Positions 38,461 through 49,010 are shown, counted from the first letter of the stretch. The stretch is DNA of 64,000 bases from Candidatus Altiarchaeota archaeon (GCA_043800705.1 JAZDMS010000021.1:1-64000); one strand, 5' to 3'. A program made the numbers and translations. The notes: generated by a model not told the origin, from the sequence alone.

Positions 38461-39099
38461 ATGAAAGCCCTTCCCGGGACATTGGTCCTGTTTCTCGCGC
38501 TCTCAGGGTGCTTGAGCGGCAGCAACGTTACGCCGCTTTCCGGCGTGGAGGTCAGGGAGTACAATGGGGAGAGGCTGTCCTCGGTCGGAGACTTCAGGGA
38601 GAACTCGATTAAAGGCCCGCAGTATGTGAACATCAGCGCATACAGGCTGGAGGTCGACGGACTGGTTGATAGTCCGCGCAGATACGCATATGAGGAGGTC
38701 CTCGCCCGCGACAGATACTCCAAGGCCGTCCGCCTGGACTGCGTCGAAGGCTGGAGCGTCGACATCCTCTGGGAGGGAGTGCTGGTGAGGGACCTTCTGG
38801 ATGATGCTAGGCCGAAGCCGGAGGCCAACACGGTCATACTCTATGCCGCCGACGGATATTCGACGTCGTTCCCATTGTCATACTTCGCCGACAGGGACAT
38901 CCTCTTGGCGTACGGGATGAACAACGTCACGATCCCGCCGGAGAGGGGCTTCCCGTTCCATCTGGTGGCGGAGGACAAATGGGGGTACAAGTGGATAAAA
39001 TGGGTGACGAGGATAGAGCTCTCGGACGACCCCGAACACCAGGGTTACTGGGAGACCAGGGGGTACAGCAATTCTGGAGACAGGGATAAGCCGTTTTAA
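38461..39099 (+). CDS. molybdopterin-dependent oxidoreductase (sulfite oxidase/MsrP-like) lipoprotein
   Basis: LSGC lipobox, LDCVEGWS, GFPFHLV..WGYKWIKWV and GYWETRGYS. Confidence 0.9.
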   Translation: MKALPGTLVLFLALSGCLSGSNVTPLSGVEVREYNGERLSSVGDFRENSIKGPQYVNISAYRLEVDGLVDSPRRYAYEEVLARDRYSKAVRLDCVEGWSVDILWEGVLVRDLLDDARPKPEANTVILYAADGYSTSFPLSYFADRDILLAYGMNNVTIPPERGFPFHLVAEDKWGYKWIKWVTRIELSDDPEHQGYWETRGYSNSGDRDKPF

Positions 39100-39121
39100 A
39101 TGCCGGATTGGATAGCTAACA

Positions 39122-39283
39122 ATGGCTAAATGGAAATGCATCCCGTGCGGATTCATATACGACGAAGAAAAAGGGATCCCTGGATCCGGGATAAAGGCGG
39201 GAACGAGATTCAAGGACCTTCCCGCAGACTGGGTGTGTCCCGTATGCGGAGCGACCAAGGACCTTTTTGAAGAGATGAGGTAG
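39122..39283 (+). CDS. rubredoxin (53 aa; absent from the ORF track)
   Basis: [41 protein letters not shown]. Confidence 0.97.
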   Translation: MAKWKCIPCGFIYDEEKGIPGSGIKAGTRFKDLPADWVCPVCGATKDLFEEMR

Positions 39284-39308
39284 CGGGGATTAATCCGCGG
39301 TTTTTTCG

Positions 39309-39671
39309 TTATCGCGAGGATTTCGCCTCTTCCCCCATTGCAGTTTCCAAATCCCTTAACTCTTTCGGGATATGCCCGTTTTTCTGGGGATAATGGCCTA
39401 TCATGGATTTTAGGAATTCTTCCTTTCTGCCCGAATTCTTCGGCCGGTATATGACCCGGATGGATGATTCGCCGATAATGCCTTTGATGCTGAAGAAGTA
39501 TTCTTTGTCGAGGGTGAAGAACGGCTTTCTTATGTCATCCAGTACCGTGACTTCCCCGAAGGCGCGAAGGTATTTCACGAATCCTTCCGTGACGGGGCAG
39601 TCAAGGAGGTATTCCATGATGAGGCCGCCGTCGAAGCAGTTCTCCGAATCGGCTTCCTTGAGGATTCTCAT
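39309..39671 (-). CDS. hypothetical protein coupled to the cysteine desulfurase
   Basis: Start MRILKEADSENCFDGG overlaps the upstream stop (ATGA). Confidence 0.65.
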   Translation of the reverse strand: MRILKEADSENCFDGGLIMEYLLDCPVTEGFVKYLRAFGEVTVLDDIRKPFFTLDKEYFFSIKGIIGESSIRVIYRPKNSGRKEEFLKSMIGHYPQKNGHIPKELRDLETAMGEEAKSSR

Positions 39672-40828
39672 CTTTTTCCCTTGCCTGGGCTTCGGGCGAT
39701 CTCTCTGACCGCGTCTTGCGCATTCCGGCATTCTTTTTCGGTGTTCAGACATGACGGGCTCAGCCGGACGCATCCTTTGCCGCCGTCTATCCTGAGGTGG
39801 GCGAGGGGGGCGCAGTGGAGGCCGGGCCGCGAGACGATGCCGTATTCGTGCAGGAGGATATAGGACACGTCGGCGTTGTCGAGGCCTTGTATGTTGAATG
39901 ATATTATCGGCAGGTCGGGCTTTCCGTTGTAGAGGGTTATGTTGCCTTCCTTTGCCAGCGCCCTGATTATGGAATCCGCCAGTGACATTGTTTTTTTCCT
40001 GACCTTCGCCTGGCCTCTTCTTTCGATATACCTTAGGCCGGCGCATAGGGAGGCGATTCCGGGGTAGTTGGGGGTCCCCGCCTCGAAGCGGTAAGGCATC
40101 TGGATGGGATGCGCCTCCTGCCCCGATCGTATCCCGGTTCCGCCCTGCCTTATGGGCTCTATGGATTCCGGGTCGCGTATGTGGAATCCTCCCACGCCGG
40201 GGAGGCTGAAGAGGTACTTGTGGCCGGTGAATACGAAGGCGTCCGCTCCGAGGATGGTGAGGTCGATGTCGGTTAGCCCTGCCGTCTGGGCTGCGTCGAC
40301 CACGAGGTAGACTCCCCGCTCATGCAGGATTCGGGACATGCGCGGGATGTCCTGGACGCTCCCCATGACGTTGCTTCCATGGGTCAGCACCGCCAAGGCT
40401 GTTTCGTCCCGTATGGCCTCTCCGACTGCTGCAGGATCAACATGCCCCCTGTCGTCGAACGGGACGACCGACAGGTCGATCCGTCCCTTCCTCCGGAGCT
40501 CATAAAGGGGCCGAAGCACCGAATTATGTTCGAGTTCCGTCGTTATGGCATGGAATCTGCCGTCTTTTTTAGCGGCGAAGCCGTGGATGAGCGTGTTCAA
40601 CGCGTCGGTCGCGTTGGCTGAGAAGGCGAAGTTTTCCGGATTTTCGGCATGATAGAGCCCCGCCAATGCCTGCCTTGCGAGGGTGGGATAGTCTTTGGAT
40701 CCGTTGGTCATTCCCCGCCCGGACTCATAGTAGGGGCGTTTGAAGGATTCGTCGGCCGCCTTTAGGACTGACGACGGCTTCGGCCAGGTCGTCGCGGCAT
40801 TGTTGAGGTATGTCAGCTTCCGTGCCAT
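39668..40828 (-). CDS. cysteine desulfurase family protein (aminotransferase class V)
   Basis: YLNNAATTWPKP, EHNSVLRP, DAAQTAG, FTGHK and RPGLHCAP motifs. Confidence 0.93.
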   Translation of the reverse strand: MARKLTYLNNAATTWPKPSSVLKAADESFKRPYYESGRGMTNGSKDYPTLARQALAGLYHAENPENFAFSANATDALNTLIHGFAAKKDGRFHAITTELEHNSVLRPLYELRRKGRIDLSVVPFDDRGHVDPAAVGEAIRDETALAVLTHGSNVMGSVQDIPRMSRILHERGVYLVVDAAQTAGLTDIDLTILGADAFVFTGHKYLFSLPGVGGFHIRDPESIEPIRQGGTGIRSGQEAHPIQMPYRFEAGTPNYPGIASLCAGLRYIERRGQAKVRKKTMSLADSIIRALAKEGNITLYNGKPDLPIISFNIQGLDNADVSYILLHEYGIVSRPGLHCAPLAHLRIDGGKGCVRLSPSCLNTEKECRNAQDAVREIARSPGKGKR

Positions 40829-40887
40829 TGTTTATTCCTCAGCCCATACGCCTTAATTACATTGGGGGCATAATAAAGTGCGCCAGC

Positions 40888-41589
40888 ATGGACAGTTCCA
40901 CAGTGATTTTGGGCACCGCAGCCTCCATAGGATTTATCCACACGATTCTTGGCCCCGACCATTATGTGCCCTTCGTCGCTATGGCGAAGGCCCGCGGGTG
41001 GAGCCTGGGCAGGACGATGCTGATCACCTTCCTGTGCGGCCTCGGCCATGTGGCCAGTTCGGTCGTCCTTGGATTCATCGGATTGGGCTTCGGCGTGGCG
41101 GTCTTGCATCTTGAGGGGGTCGAATCTTTCAGGGGGGAGGTTGCAGGATGGCTGCTCATAATGTTCGGCCTAGTCTACGCCGTCTGGGGTGTTCGAAAGG
41201 CGTTGTCTTCAAGGAAGCATGCCCACGTGCATCATCACGGCAGCGTCGCTCATTCTCATGGTCACGGCCACGGAGGGGGCCATTCCCACATCCACGGCCA
41301 GGAATCCAACATAACGCCATGGATCCTCTTCACCATCTTCGTGTTCGGCCCGTGCGAGCCGCTCATACCGCTTTTGATATATCCTGCGGCGAATGGCGGC
41401 ATTGCGCTCGCTGCCATGGCGGCATTCGTGTTCTCTGCGGCAACCGTATCGACGATGTTGGCGATAGTCTTTGCAGTATCTGTCGGGATCGCCAATGTCA
41501 GTGCCAGGGCGCTTCAGCCGTGGTCGCATGCGCTGGCTGGCACATCGATATTCCTCTGCGGAGCCGGCATCAGGCTTCTCGGGCTGTAG
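40888..41589 (+). CDS. nickel/cobalt transporter-like membrane protein with a His-rich loop
   Basis: HTILGPDH, CGLGH, HAHVHHH..HSHGHGH and GPCEPL; directly upstream of hypF. Confidence 0.85.
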   Translation: MDSSTVILGTAASIGFIHTILGPDHYVPFVAMAKARGWSLGRTMLITFLCGLGHVASSVVLGFIGLGFGVAVLHLEGVESFRGEVAGWLLIMFGLVYAVWGVRKALSSRKHAHVHHHGSVAHSHGHGHGGGHSHIHGQESNITPWILFTIFVFGPCEPLIPLLIYPAANGGIALAAMAAFVFSAATVSTMLAIVFAVSVGIANVSARALQPWSHALAGTSIFLCGAGIRLLGL

Positions 41590-41613
41590 GCTTTTTAGGG
41601 CCCTAATTGTAGT

Positions 41614-43800
41614 ATGTTTGTGTACAGGTTCACTGTGAGGGGCGTTGTCCAGGGCGTCGGCTTCAGGCCGTACATCTACCGGAAGGCCAGGGAACGGGGC
41701 CTGGTCGGATACGTGAAGAACGCCGGGGGCTGTGTCGAGATCGTCGTCGACGACAGAGACTTCATCGGGAGGTTGACGGACCTGCCGCCTCTGGCCAGGA
41801 TCACGGAACACTCGGTCGGATCATACGGCGGGGGGGAGACGTTCAGGGGATTCACGATACGCGGGAGCTCCCCCTCCGAGGGGCAGACGCAGATGCCCCC
41901 CGACATCTTCATGTGCGGCGACTGCCTCAGGGAGCTGAGGGACCCCGGTGATCGCCGCCACGGCTACTACTTCATAACATGCACGAACTGCGGCCCCAGG
42001 TTCTCCATGACATATGACAGCCCATACGACCGGCCGAACACCGCCATGGGGGAGTTCAGGATGTGCCAGTCATGCAGGAGGGAATACGAAGACCCGGCGG
42101 ACCGAAGATACCACGCACAGACGATAGCATGCGGGGACTGCGGCCCCAGGCTTCTTCTGAAAAAGGGCAGGAGGGACATTAGCTGCGGGACGGACAGGGA
42201 GACAATACGCAAAGCCGTGGATGTGATCCGTTCAGGGCAGCCTGTCGCCATCAAAGGCGTCGGCGGGTTCCACATGTGCTCGCTCACGGACGATAAAAAC
42301 GTGAAAATGGTAAGGAAGGCCCTCGGAAGGCCGAATAAGCCGTTCGCCATCATGGTGCGGGACTTGGACATGCTTAAGGAGACGGCAAGGTTCTCCCCAT
42401 ACGAGGCTGAGCTGATCGCAGGCCCTCAAAGGCCGATCCTCGTATTGGCGAAGAAAAATCAGTCCGACTTCGGCCTCGTATCCGAACTTGACACGATAGG
42501 GGTGATGCTGCCGTATACGGCGCTTCATTATCTCCTCTTTGACTGCCTGGATGAGCCTCTCCTGATGACCTCCTGCAACATCCCGGGGGAGCCGGTCGCC
42601 GTCTCCGAGAGGCTGGCGGAGTATTACCTCACCCACGAGAGGAGGATCGTCAACAGGTGCGACGATTCAGTCCTTAAGTCCGTCGGCGGAAGCGCTCTAT
42701 ATCTGAGGAGGTCGAGAGGGTATGCCCCCTTGTCGGTCCCGCTCCCCATCGTGGTGGAGGACACCATCGCATTGGGGGCCGAATCGAACAACGCCGTCTT
42801 GGCCGCCAAGGGGAGGGAGTGTAGTCTTTCCCAGCACATAGGCGAGTGCTCGAAGCTTGAGACTTTCGAGTTCATGAAGGAGGCGGTCCGGAACCTCGTC
42901 AGGCTCGGCGGCCTGAAGCCCGGGATCGTGGCCTGCGACATGCATCCGGGATACAATTCCACGGCATATGCCCTGGAGCTGGCGGATGAATTCGATGCGA
43001 GGCTCGTCAGGGTCCAGCATCATAAGGCCCATGTGGCCTCCGTCGCGGCGGAGCACGGGTTCACCGGCTACGTCGGGATAGCGATGGACGGGATGGGCTA
43101 CGGGGAGGACGGGACGGTCTGGGGAGGGGAGGTGTTCGACGTCGAGGGAGGGGGCGACTTCACACGGATCGGGAGCCTGCAGGAGCAGCCCCAGCTTGGA
43201 GGCGACTTTGCAGTCCTTCATCCGAGGAGGATGCTCTTCGGGATATTGGCTGGAATCCTTGACGAGCGGGAGCTGGCGATGCTGAAGCTCTTCAACGGGA
43301 AGGACAGCAGGCTCTACCGCAATCTACTTGACAGCCGCTTCAACACGCCCATGACCTCGAGCGCGGGACGCATCCTCGACGCAGTCGCCGCCCTCCTTCG
43401 CGTCTGCGACGACAGGACATACGACGGCAGGCCTGCGATGATGCTGGAGGGCGTCGCGAGTAAGCCGCTGAGGCTCGAGCCCGTCGTCGAGCGCCTAGAC
43501 GGCAGGGAGGTCCTGTCCACTGACGCCTTGTTCAGGTTCCTCCTTGAAAACAGAGGACTGAAGACAGGGAACCTCGCGGCCACGGCCCAGATGTACCTTG
43601 CCCAGGGACTCTATAGTATAGCCTCGGAGGCCGCAGAACGCGGCTGCAAACCCATTGTGCTGTCCGGGGGGGTGGCGTATAACCGGATGATAACCGGGTA
43701 CATGCTCGGTAGGGGGGTTTCCATCAACAGGGACATACCCTGCGGAGACGGGGGGATATGCTACGGCCAGGCGTACCTTGCGAACGTCAGGGGTCAGTGA
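41614..43800 (+). CDS. hypF: carbamoyltransferase HypF
   Basis: GVVQGVGFRP, CTNCGPRF zinc fingers, QHHKAH and DGGICYGQ. Confidence 0.97.
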   Translation: MFVYRFTVRGVVQGVGFRPYIYRKARERGLVGYVKNAGGCVEIVVDDRDFIGRLTDLPPLARITEHSVGSYGGGETFRGFTIRGSSPSEGQTQMPPDIFMCGDCLRELRDPGDRRHGYYFITCTNCGPRFSMTYDSPYDRPNTAMGEFRMCQSCRREYEDPADRRYHAQTIACGDCGPRLLLKKGRRDISCGTDRETIRKAVDVIRSGQPVAIKGVGGFHMCSLTDDKNVKMVRKALGRPNKPFAIMVRDLDMLKETARFSPYEAELIAGPQRPILVLAKKNQSDFGLVSELDTIGVMLPYTALHYLLFDCLDEPLLMTSCNIPGEPVAVSERLAEYYLTHERRIVNRCDDSVLKSVGGSALYLRRSRGYAPLSVPLPIVVEDTIALGAESNNAVLAAKGRECSLSQHIGECSKLETFEFMKEAVRNLVRLGGLKPGIVACDMHPGYNSTAYALELADEFDARLVRVQHHKAHVASVAAEHGFTGYVGIAMDGMGYGEDGTVWGGEVFDVEGGGDFTRIGSLQEQPQLGGDFAVLHPRRMLFGILAGILDERELAMLKLFNGKDSRLYRNLLDSRFNTPMTSSAGRILDAVAALLRVCDDRTYDGRPAMMLEGVASKPLRLEPVVERLDGREVLSTDALFRFLLENRGLKTGNLAATAQMYLAQGLYSIASEAAERGCKPIVLSGGVAYNRMITGYMLGRGVSINRDIPCGDGGICYGQAYLANVRGQ

Positions 43801-44534
43801 CGGTGGTGTCCTCCGATCATGCGCTCTCTTGCGCGCTGCAGGAAGCGGGCGGCCTGCATGAATCCTTTCCCGTCCTTGATTGATGCCTTCACCACAGTCG
43901 CCTGCGGGTTGATGCCGCTAAGATCATGGAGGTAGGCCGTCTCATTGAAGCCGACGTGTTTCTTCAGGTCGTACTTGGAGATGATTATCATGTCGGCGTC
44001 CCGGAATATGATCGGGTATTTCCTCGGCTTGTCGGACCCCTCCGTCGTCGAGCTGACCACGACGTTCACATGCTGTCCGACGTTGACCCCGGCGGGGCAG
44101 ACGAGGTTGCCGACGTTCTCTATGAACAGGAACCGTTTGCCTTCCAGGCGCAGCTCCTTCAGGGCTTTTTCCACCATCGCCGCGTTGAGGTGGCATCCGC
44201 TGTGGGTGTTTATCTGGGCCGTGTCTATCCCCAATGCGTTCAGGCGTCTCTTGTCCACGTCGGATTCGAGGTCGCCTTGGATTACGGCGACGTCCTTCCG
44301 GGGTATGCTCCTGCAGAGGTTCCCTATCACGGTCGTCTTTCCCGAGCCGGGGGCCCCCATGAAATTGACGGACAGCATCCCCAGGTGGAGGAGGTCGTGC
44401 GCCAGCTGCGAGGCGAGCCGGTCGTTGGCTTCGGTTACCGACCGTCCGACGATTATGGTCTTCTCAAGGCATGGTCTATGCCCTTTTTCAGTTCCCTTGT
44501 GTCCGCATCCGCATTCCCTGCACATCTCATTCAC
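43794..44534 (-). CDS. hypB: hydrogenase nickel incorporation GTPase HypB
   Basis: MCRECGC, GAPGSGKTT, GCHL and ENVGNLVCPA. Confidence 0.96.
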   Translation of the reverse strand: MNEMCRECGCGHKGTEKGHRPCLEKTIIVGRSVTEANDRLASQLAHDLLHLGMLSVNFMGAPGSGKTTVIGNLCRSIPRKDVAVIQGDLESDVDKRRLNALGIDTAQINTHSGCHLNAAMVEKALKELRLEGKRFLFIENVGNLVCPAGVNVGQHVNVVVSSTTEGSDKPRKYPIIFRDADMIIISKYDLKKHVGFNETAYLHDLSGINPQATVVKASIKDGKGFMQAARFLQRARERMIGGHHRH

Positions 44535-44871
44535 CCGTTATCTTCGCAATCTTGAACTCCCTGCCCCGGATTATCTCCACGTCAGTCGATTCGCATTTCG
44601 TGCAGTATAGGAGGATCCCGTCCTTGAGGCTGCCTTTCTTCCCGCATCTTCGGCACTTTACCATGCCTTTAACGACCTTTATGTGCAGCCTGGCCTTCGG
44701 CCAGCCCTCGTCGTCCCTCAGCGTCTCGAAGTAGAATGCTACGCATTCCTTGACGTAGGGGGTCAGCTGCCCCAGCTCCAAGCATATGTCATGCGGAGCC
44801 TTTATGCCGCCCTTCTCGCACTCCGACCGCACTATCTCGATCATCCCCATCGTCGCCGCCAGTTCGTGCAT
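44527..44871 (-). CDS. hypA: hydrogenase nickel metallochaperone HypA
   Basis: MHE N terminus, CRRC..CTKC and GRE. Confidence 0.95.
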   Translation of the reverse strand: MHELAATMGMIEIVRSECEKGGIKAPHDICLELGQLTPYVKECVAFYFETLRDDEGWPKARLHIKVVKGMVKCRRCGKKGSLKDGILLYCTKCESTDVEIIRGREFKIAKITGE

Positions 44872-44890
44872 TTTTCGACCCGGTTTTTCC

Positions 44891-45880
44891 TTAGCATATC
44901 CGTGGCACTATCCGTCCCGTCGGCCATGGCATTATCCTCCTGCCCAGCATCGTGTCGACCACGACCTTGTCTCCTTTCGTTATCTGGCCGATTATGGCCG
45001 CGTCGGGATTGTATCTTTTTAGCCTTTTTTCGACGGTTTTTGCGTTCTTCCTTGCCGCTATCGCTATGAATCTTCCCTCGGATGCGAGCTCGTAGAGGTC
45101 TATTCCGAGCATCTCAGTCACCGTCCTGGCCTCCTTCTTGGCGGGGATCGTTTCCTCCTCGAGAAGCATACCGACCCCGTATTTTCCGCATATCTCGTTG
45201 AGGACGGACGCCATGCCGCCGCGGGTCGGGTCCTTCGCCAGCTTGAGGAGGCCTTTGACGGCTGCAATCTCATCCAGGAGGGGTTTGGAGTCGGTGACTA
45301 TGCCGGTCTCGTAGTCGAACCGCTTCGACAACAGGGCGACGGCGTGTTCTCCGAGGCCTCCGGACAGGATGATCCTGTCGCCGGATACCGGCTTCTTCGT
45401 CAGAAGCTCGCCCTTGCCCGCGATGCCGACTGCGGAGGAGTTGATTATCATCTTGTCGAGCTTCCCGCGGTCCATCACCTTCGTGTCCCCGGTGGCTATC
45501 GGGACGCCTGTCTCGGCGGAGATCCTGCCGATGGACTCCACTATCCGTCTCAGGTCCTTCTTCGGGAAACCCTCCTCTATGACGAAGCCGAGGGAGAGGC
45601 CGAGCGGCCTTCCTCCCATGACTGCGATGTCGTTTATGGTGCCGCATGCCGCGAGCTGGCCTATGTCGCCGCCTGGGAAGAACAGGGGGTCGATGACGAA
45701 CGAGTCCGTGGTGAACAGGAGGGCCCGGCCGTCTCTAAGGTCGAATGTCGACGAGTCGCAATCGACGTTCCTCCATCGTCCCCGGCTGCCGAATCCGTAG
45801 GATGCTATCAGCTTCGACATCTCCATTCCGCCCGAGCCTTCCGATAGGCTGACTATTTCCTCGTCCATTTCATTTTCCAA
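44891..45880 (-). CDS. hypE: hydrogenase maturation protein HypE
   Basis: TTDSFVIDPLFFPGGDIG, DPTRGG and C-terminal PRIC. Confidence 0.97.
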   Translation of the reverse strand: MENEMDEEIVSLSEGSGGMEMSKLIASYGFGSRGRWRNVDCDSSTFDLRDGRALLFTTDSFVIDPLFFPGGDIGQLAACGTINDIAVMGGRPLGLSLGFVIEEGFPKKDLRRIVESIGRISAETGVPIATGDTKVMDRGKLDKMIINSSAVGIAGKGELLTKKPVSGDRIILSGGLGEHAVALLSKRFDYETGIVTDSKPLLDEIAAVKGLLKLAKDPTRGGMASVLNEICGKYGVGMLLEEETIPAKKEARTVTEMLGIDLYELASEGRFIAIAARKNAKTVEKRLKRYNPDAAIIGQITKGDKVVVDTMLGRRIMPWPTGRIVPRIC

Positions 45881-46907
45881 AGCGGTAGTATATGGCGCAG
45901 CTTCCCTCCTCTGAAACCATGCAAGCGCCTTTAGGATGCTCCGGGCTGCAAGCCCTCCGGTAGAGCGGGCACCCGGTCGGCTGTATGAGGCCTTTCAGGA
46001 TTTCGCCGCAGCGGCAGCCGGTCTTCTTCGGGGCCGGGACCCTGTCCAGGAGCGCCTTGTGGACGGCCTTCGCATCCAATGAGCCGTCCCTGACCTCGAG
46101 GCCCGACTTTGGAATCGTCCCCAGGCCCCTCCACTCGCAGTCTGAATGCGTGAAATGCCGCTCAAGGAGCCTCCGGGCCTTTCTGTTGCCTTCTTCCTTC
46201 ACCGCCTCCGGGTATCCGTTGACGACGATGTCTCTGCCGTCCCGGATGAGTTCGAGAAGTAGCATTATCCCGCGCAGGATCCGCTCCGGCGTGAACCCTG
46301 ATATGACCTGAGGGACTTTTATGCGCCGGTACGGCTTTACCCCGATGATCGTCGACACGTGGCCCGGGTCGATGAAACCGTCCACCCTGACCTCCCCCGC
46401 CATTAGGGCCTCAAGGGCTGGGGGGACGAGCCTGTGGGAGGAGTATACAGAGACGCCGTTTTCCAGAAGGTATGCCGTCATGGGCGCCGTCGTCTCGAAG
46501 CCTATCCCGAAAAAGGCGGTATCTGGGTGTGCCTTCTTCAGTGTGACGGCCTCCGTCGCCGAGTAGACCTCGAAGACCCTGCCGCCCCGGGCCCTTGCCT
46601 GTTCGAGGCTGTGCCTGGACCCCGGGACCCGCATCATGTCGCCGTATGTCGCGACCGGTATTCCGCACATCGCCAGCTCTATCACGCAGTCTATGTCCCT
46701 TTGGGGGGTGACGCATACGGGGCAGCCCGGGCCTGAGATGAGCCTCACGTTCTTCGGGAGGATGTCGCGGATGCCATACCGCATTATGACGTTGGTGTGG
46801 CCGCCGCATATCTCCATGATGGTGATGTCGGCTCCGATATCAGCGGCGGTCTCGCCTATCCTTCGGAGGTGGGTGTCGATGGCCTTCCGTTCATCCATCG
46901 TTGGCAT
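45870..46907 (-). CDS. hypD: hydrogenase maturation protein HypD
   Basis: MEICGGHT, GPGCPVC, GFETTAP, PGHVS and GACMVSEEGSC. Confidence 0.97.
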   Translation of the reverse strand: MPTMDERKAIDTHLRRIGETAADIGADITIMEICGGHTNVIMRYGIRDILPKNVRLISGPGCPVCVTPQRDIDCVIELAMCGIPVATYGDMMRVPGSRHSLEQARARGGRVFEVYSATEAVTLKKAHPDTAFFGIGFETTAPMTAYLLENGVSVYSSHRLVPPALEALMAGEVRVDGFIDPGHVSTIIGVKPYRRIKVPQVISGFTPERILRGIMLLLELIRDGRDIVVNGYPEAVKEEGNRKARRLLERHFTHSDCEWRGLGTIPKSGLEVRDGSLDAKAVHKALLDRVPAPKKTGCRCGEILKGLIQPTGCPLYRRACSPEHPKGACMVSEEGSCAIYYRFGK

Positions 46908-47133
46908 CCTCCGCCCTCGCGAGTTCGGCGTATTCCCTGATGAGGCTGAGCGACTCTTCCGCATCCTTTGGGGCGAGCTTCTCGATGGCGAACCCCGCGT
47001 GGACGAGGACGTAGTCCCCCCTCTTGGGGGAGTCTATCATCGAGACGTTCGTCTTCTTCCGGAGGCCGCCGTAGTCGACAGTCGCGATTTCGCCCGTTAG
47101 TCCGATTATCTTCGCAGGTATCGCGTAGCACAT
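46891..47133 (-). CDS. hypC: hydrogenase chaperone HypC
   Basis: MCYAIPAKI..GDYVLVHAGFAI. Confidence 0.96.
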   Translation of the reverse strand: MCYAIPAKIIGLTGEIATVDYGGLRKKTNVSMIDSPKRGDYVLVHAGFAIEKLAPKDAEESLSLIREYAELARAEDANDG

Positions 47134-47283
47134 ATCCTTGTCCTCGACTCCCCCTAAGCCGCCCCGGGGGGAGCGCATCCATCACTATGATAGGGGGATT
47201 GTTTTTAAGTACCTCGGGCAGGCATTGCCGGGCCTGATCAGGGGAATATTGCATAGGTGACTTTTTAGGCTTCCACGGCCGTA

Positions 47284-47967
47284 TCATGCCGGGGGCTTCT
47301 TTGCGGTGGCATCTATGGTCTTCCTCTTCAGGTGTCCCTTGTTCCGGATGGGCGGGTATTCGTTCGTTTTCACCTCTACGTCCGTGAAGGCATCCAGTAG
47401 CGCATGCACTTCCTCCTCTTCGAAGAAGTGGCATATGAGGCCGCTCTTCTTCAGGTGCGTGTTTCGTTCGAGGACGATGCGGATGTTGGCCGTAGCCTGC
47501 CTGAAGTCGCCGACCGAGAAGTCCGAGAAGTATAATGCGCCTCCCGGCTTCAGCACCCGGAAGACCTCCCTGACCGCTTCTTTCCTGCCTCCCTCCTGCA
47601 GGTTATCGAGGATGAAGTGGACGACTGCCGCGTCGAATCCGGAGTCCCTGTATGGCAGGGCGCGGATGTCCGCCTTTTCAAGCGCAATTCTCGGGTCCTT
47701 GAACCCTTCCCGGCAGAGTTTCAACGCCTCCTGTGAATGGTCGAATGCGTGAACGCTCCTGGGCTCCCGTCTCAGAATGGCCTTCAGGGTTTTTCCGTTT
47801 CCGACTCCAGCCTCCAGGACGACCCCCCCGCAGAGGCCGTGGGGGAGGTCTTTGCGCTCCTTGGACCAGATGCGGCCTCTGAGTCGGTAGTCCCTGTCCC
47901 AGACTTTTTGCTGGTTTTTTACCAGGTTCTCCGGCAGGTTGAAGGATGGATGGACTTTCTTGGTCAT
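47284..47967 (-). CDS. class I SAM-dependent methyltransferase
   Basis: VLEAGVGNGK, ADIRALPY and RVLKPGG; start overlaps the upstream stop. Confidence 0.88.
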   Translation of the reverse strand: MTKKVHPSFNLPENLVKNQQKVWDRDYRLRGRIWSKERKDLPHGLCGGVVLEAGVGNGKTLKAILRREPRSVHAFDHSQEALKLCREGFKDPRIALEKADIRALPYRDSGFDAAVVHFILDNLQEGGRKEAVREVFRVLKPGGALYFSDFSVGDFRQATANIRIVLERNTHLKKSGLICHFFEEEEVHALLDAFTDVEVKTNEYPPIRNKGHLKRKTIDATAKKPPA

Positions 47968-49010
47968 ATGCCCTGCTCTTGGTCCGCCGCAATGTCCGAG
48001 AGGTCTTGGATCGTCTGCACGGCAGCGATGACCGTGTTTTCCCGGTCGTATATCGGGGCTGCGGTCATCAGGACCTGTTTTTTCCCGCCCATCATCCAGC
48101 TCCTGACGTAGTATGCTCCGGGTATGAGGGGGGAGGGTTTTACGGCATCGTATTCTCCCAGTATCGCGGCTTCTTTCCCGTCGATTACCGTGTCGGCGAG
48201 AGTTGGCCTCTTTTCGTCGTAGAATGCCTTCCACTGGTCTTTGGTCCCTAGGATGTTCGCTTGCCTGAGGCCAGTGAGCCCCTCCATGGCCCGGTTCCAT
48301 AAGACGACGCGGTGTTCGGGGTCTATGACGAACAGGGGAACGCTTGTGCCGTCTATTATCAGCTTAAGCTCCGACTCGACCTTCTTCTTGTCTGTGACGT
48401 CCTCTATCAGCAGGAGGAGGGACTTGACGTCTCCCGCCTCGTCCTTTAGCGGCACGCCATGATAGTGCCGGATCGTCTTCTTCCCGCTGGTGTGGGAAGT
48501 GTATGCTATGTCGTCCACGTCGAAGGGCTTTCCCGCAAGCCCCATGCTAAAGTATCCGAAAAGGCCCGATTCGCGCGTTGACTGCAGGTCGAGGACGCTC
48601 AGTCCGATGAGGTCTTCTTCGGTCCTCACGCCCGCTATGTACCGCATCGACGGGCTGGCATACTCTATCACGCCCTCATTTGAGACCATCAGCATTCCCA
48701 GGGGGGAGTTGTCGACTATGTCCTTTTTCAGGCTCATGGAATCCTTGAGCTCCCGTGTGCGCTCCGCCACGGTGGCCTCGAGCCGGGTCTCATATCTCGA
48801 ATACGCCAGCAGGGCGATGGTCGCATACGCGGTTATGATGATGATGCTAAGGTTCGCAAGAACCTTGTTGCGGAAATCAAGCCCCATATCCGTCCTGATT
48901 TCGATGGCTATGAGGGACAGTATCAGGATGAGCGCCGTCAGGGTTATGAACAGCAGGTTGGCGAGCGCCCGGAAACCTAGCTTCTTGTCTTTTTGTGCGG
49001 GAGTGTCCAT
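47964..49010 (-). CDS. membrane protein with two PAS domains and no output domain
   Basis: 2 TM helices, VAERTREL linker, PAS (IEDVTDKK) and PAS (WNRAME.LTG..VQTIQD). Confidence 0.85.
   Translation of the reverse strand: MDTPAQKDKKLGFRALANLLFITLTALILILSLIAIEIRTDMGLDFRNKVLANLSIIIITAYATIALLAYSRYETRLEATVAERTRELKDSMSLKKDIVDNSPLGMLMVSNEGVIEYASPSMRYIAGVRTEEDLIGLSVLDLQSTRESGLFGYFSMGLAGKPFDVDDIAYTSHTSGKKTIRHYHGVPLKDEAGDVKSLLLLIEDVTDKKKVESELKLIIDGTSVPLFVIDPEHRVVLWNRAMEGLTGLRQANILGTKDQWKAFYDEKRPTLADTVIDGKEAAILGEYDAVKPSPLIPGAYYVRSWMMGGKKQVLMTAAPIYDRENTVIAAVQTIQDLSDIAADQEQGI

Noticed and set aside
40888-47133. hyp cluster as a novelty
   Set aside because: It is a standard complete NiFe-hydrogenase maturation set with a nickel transporter; the structural genes are presumably elsewhere.
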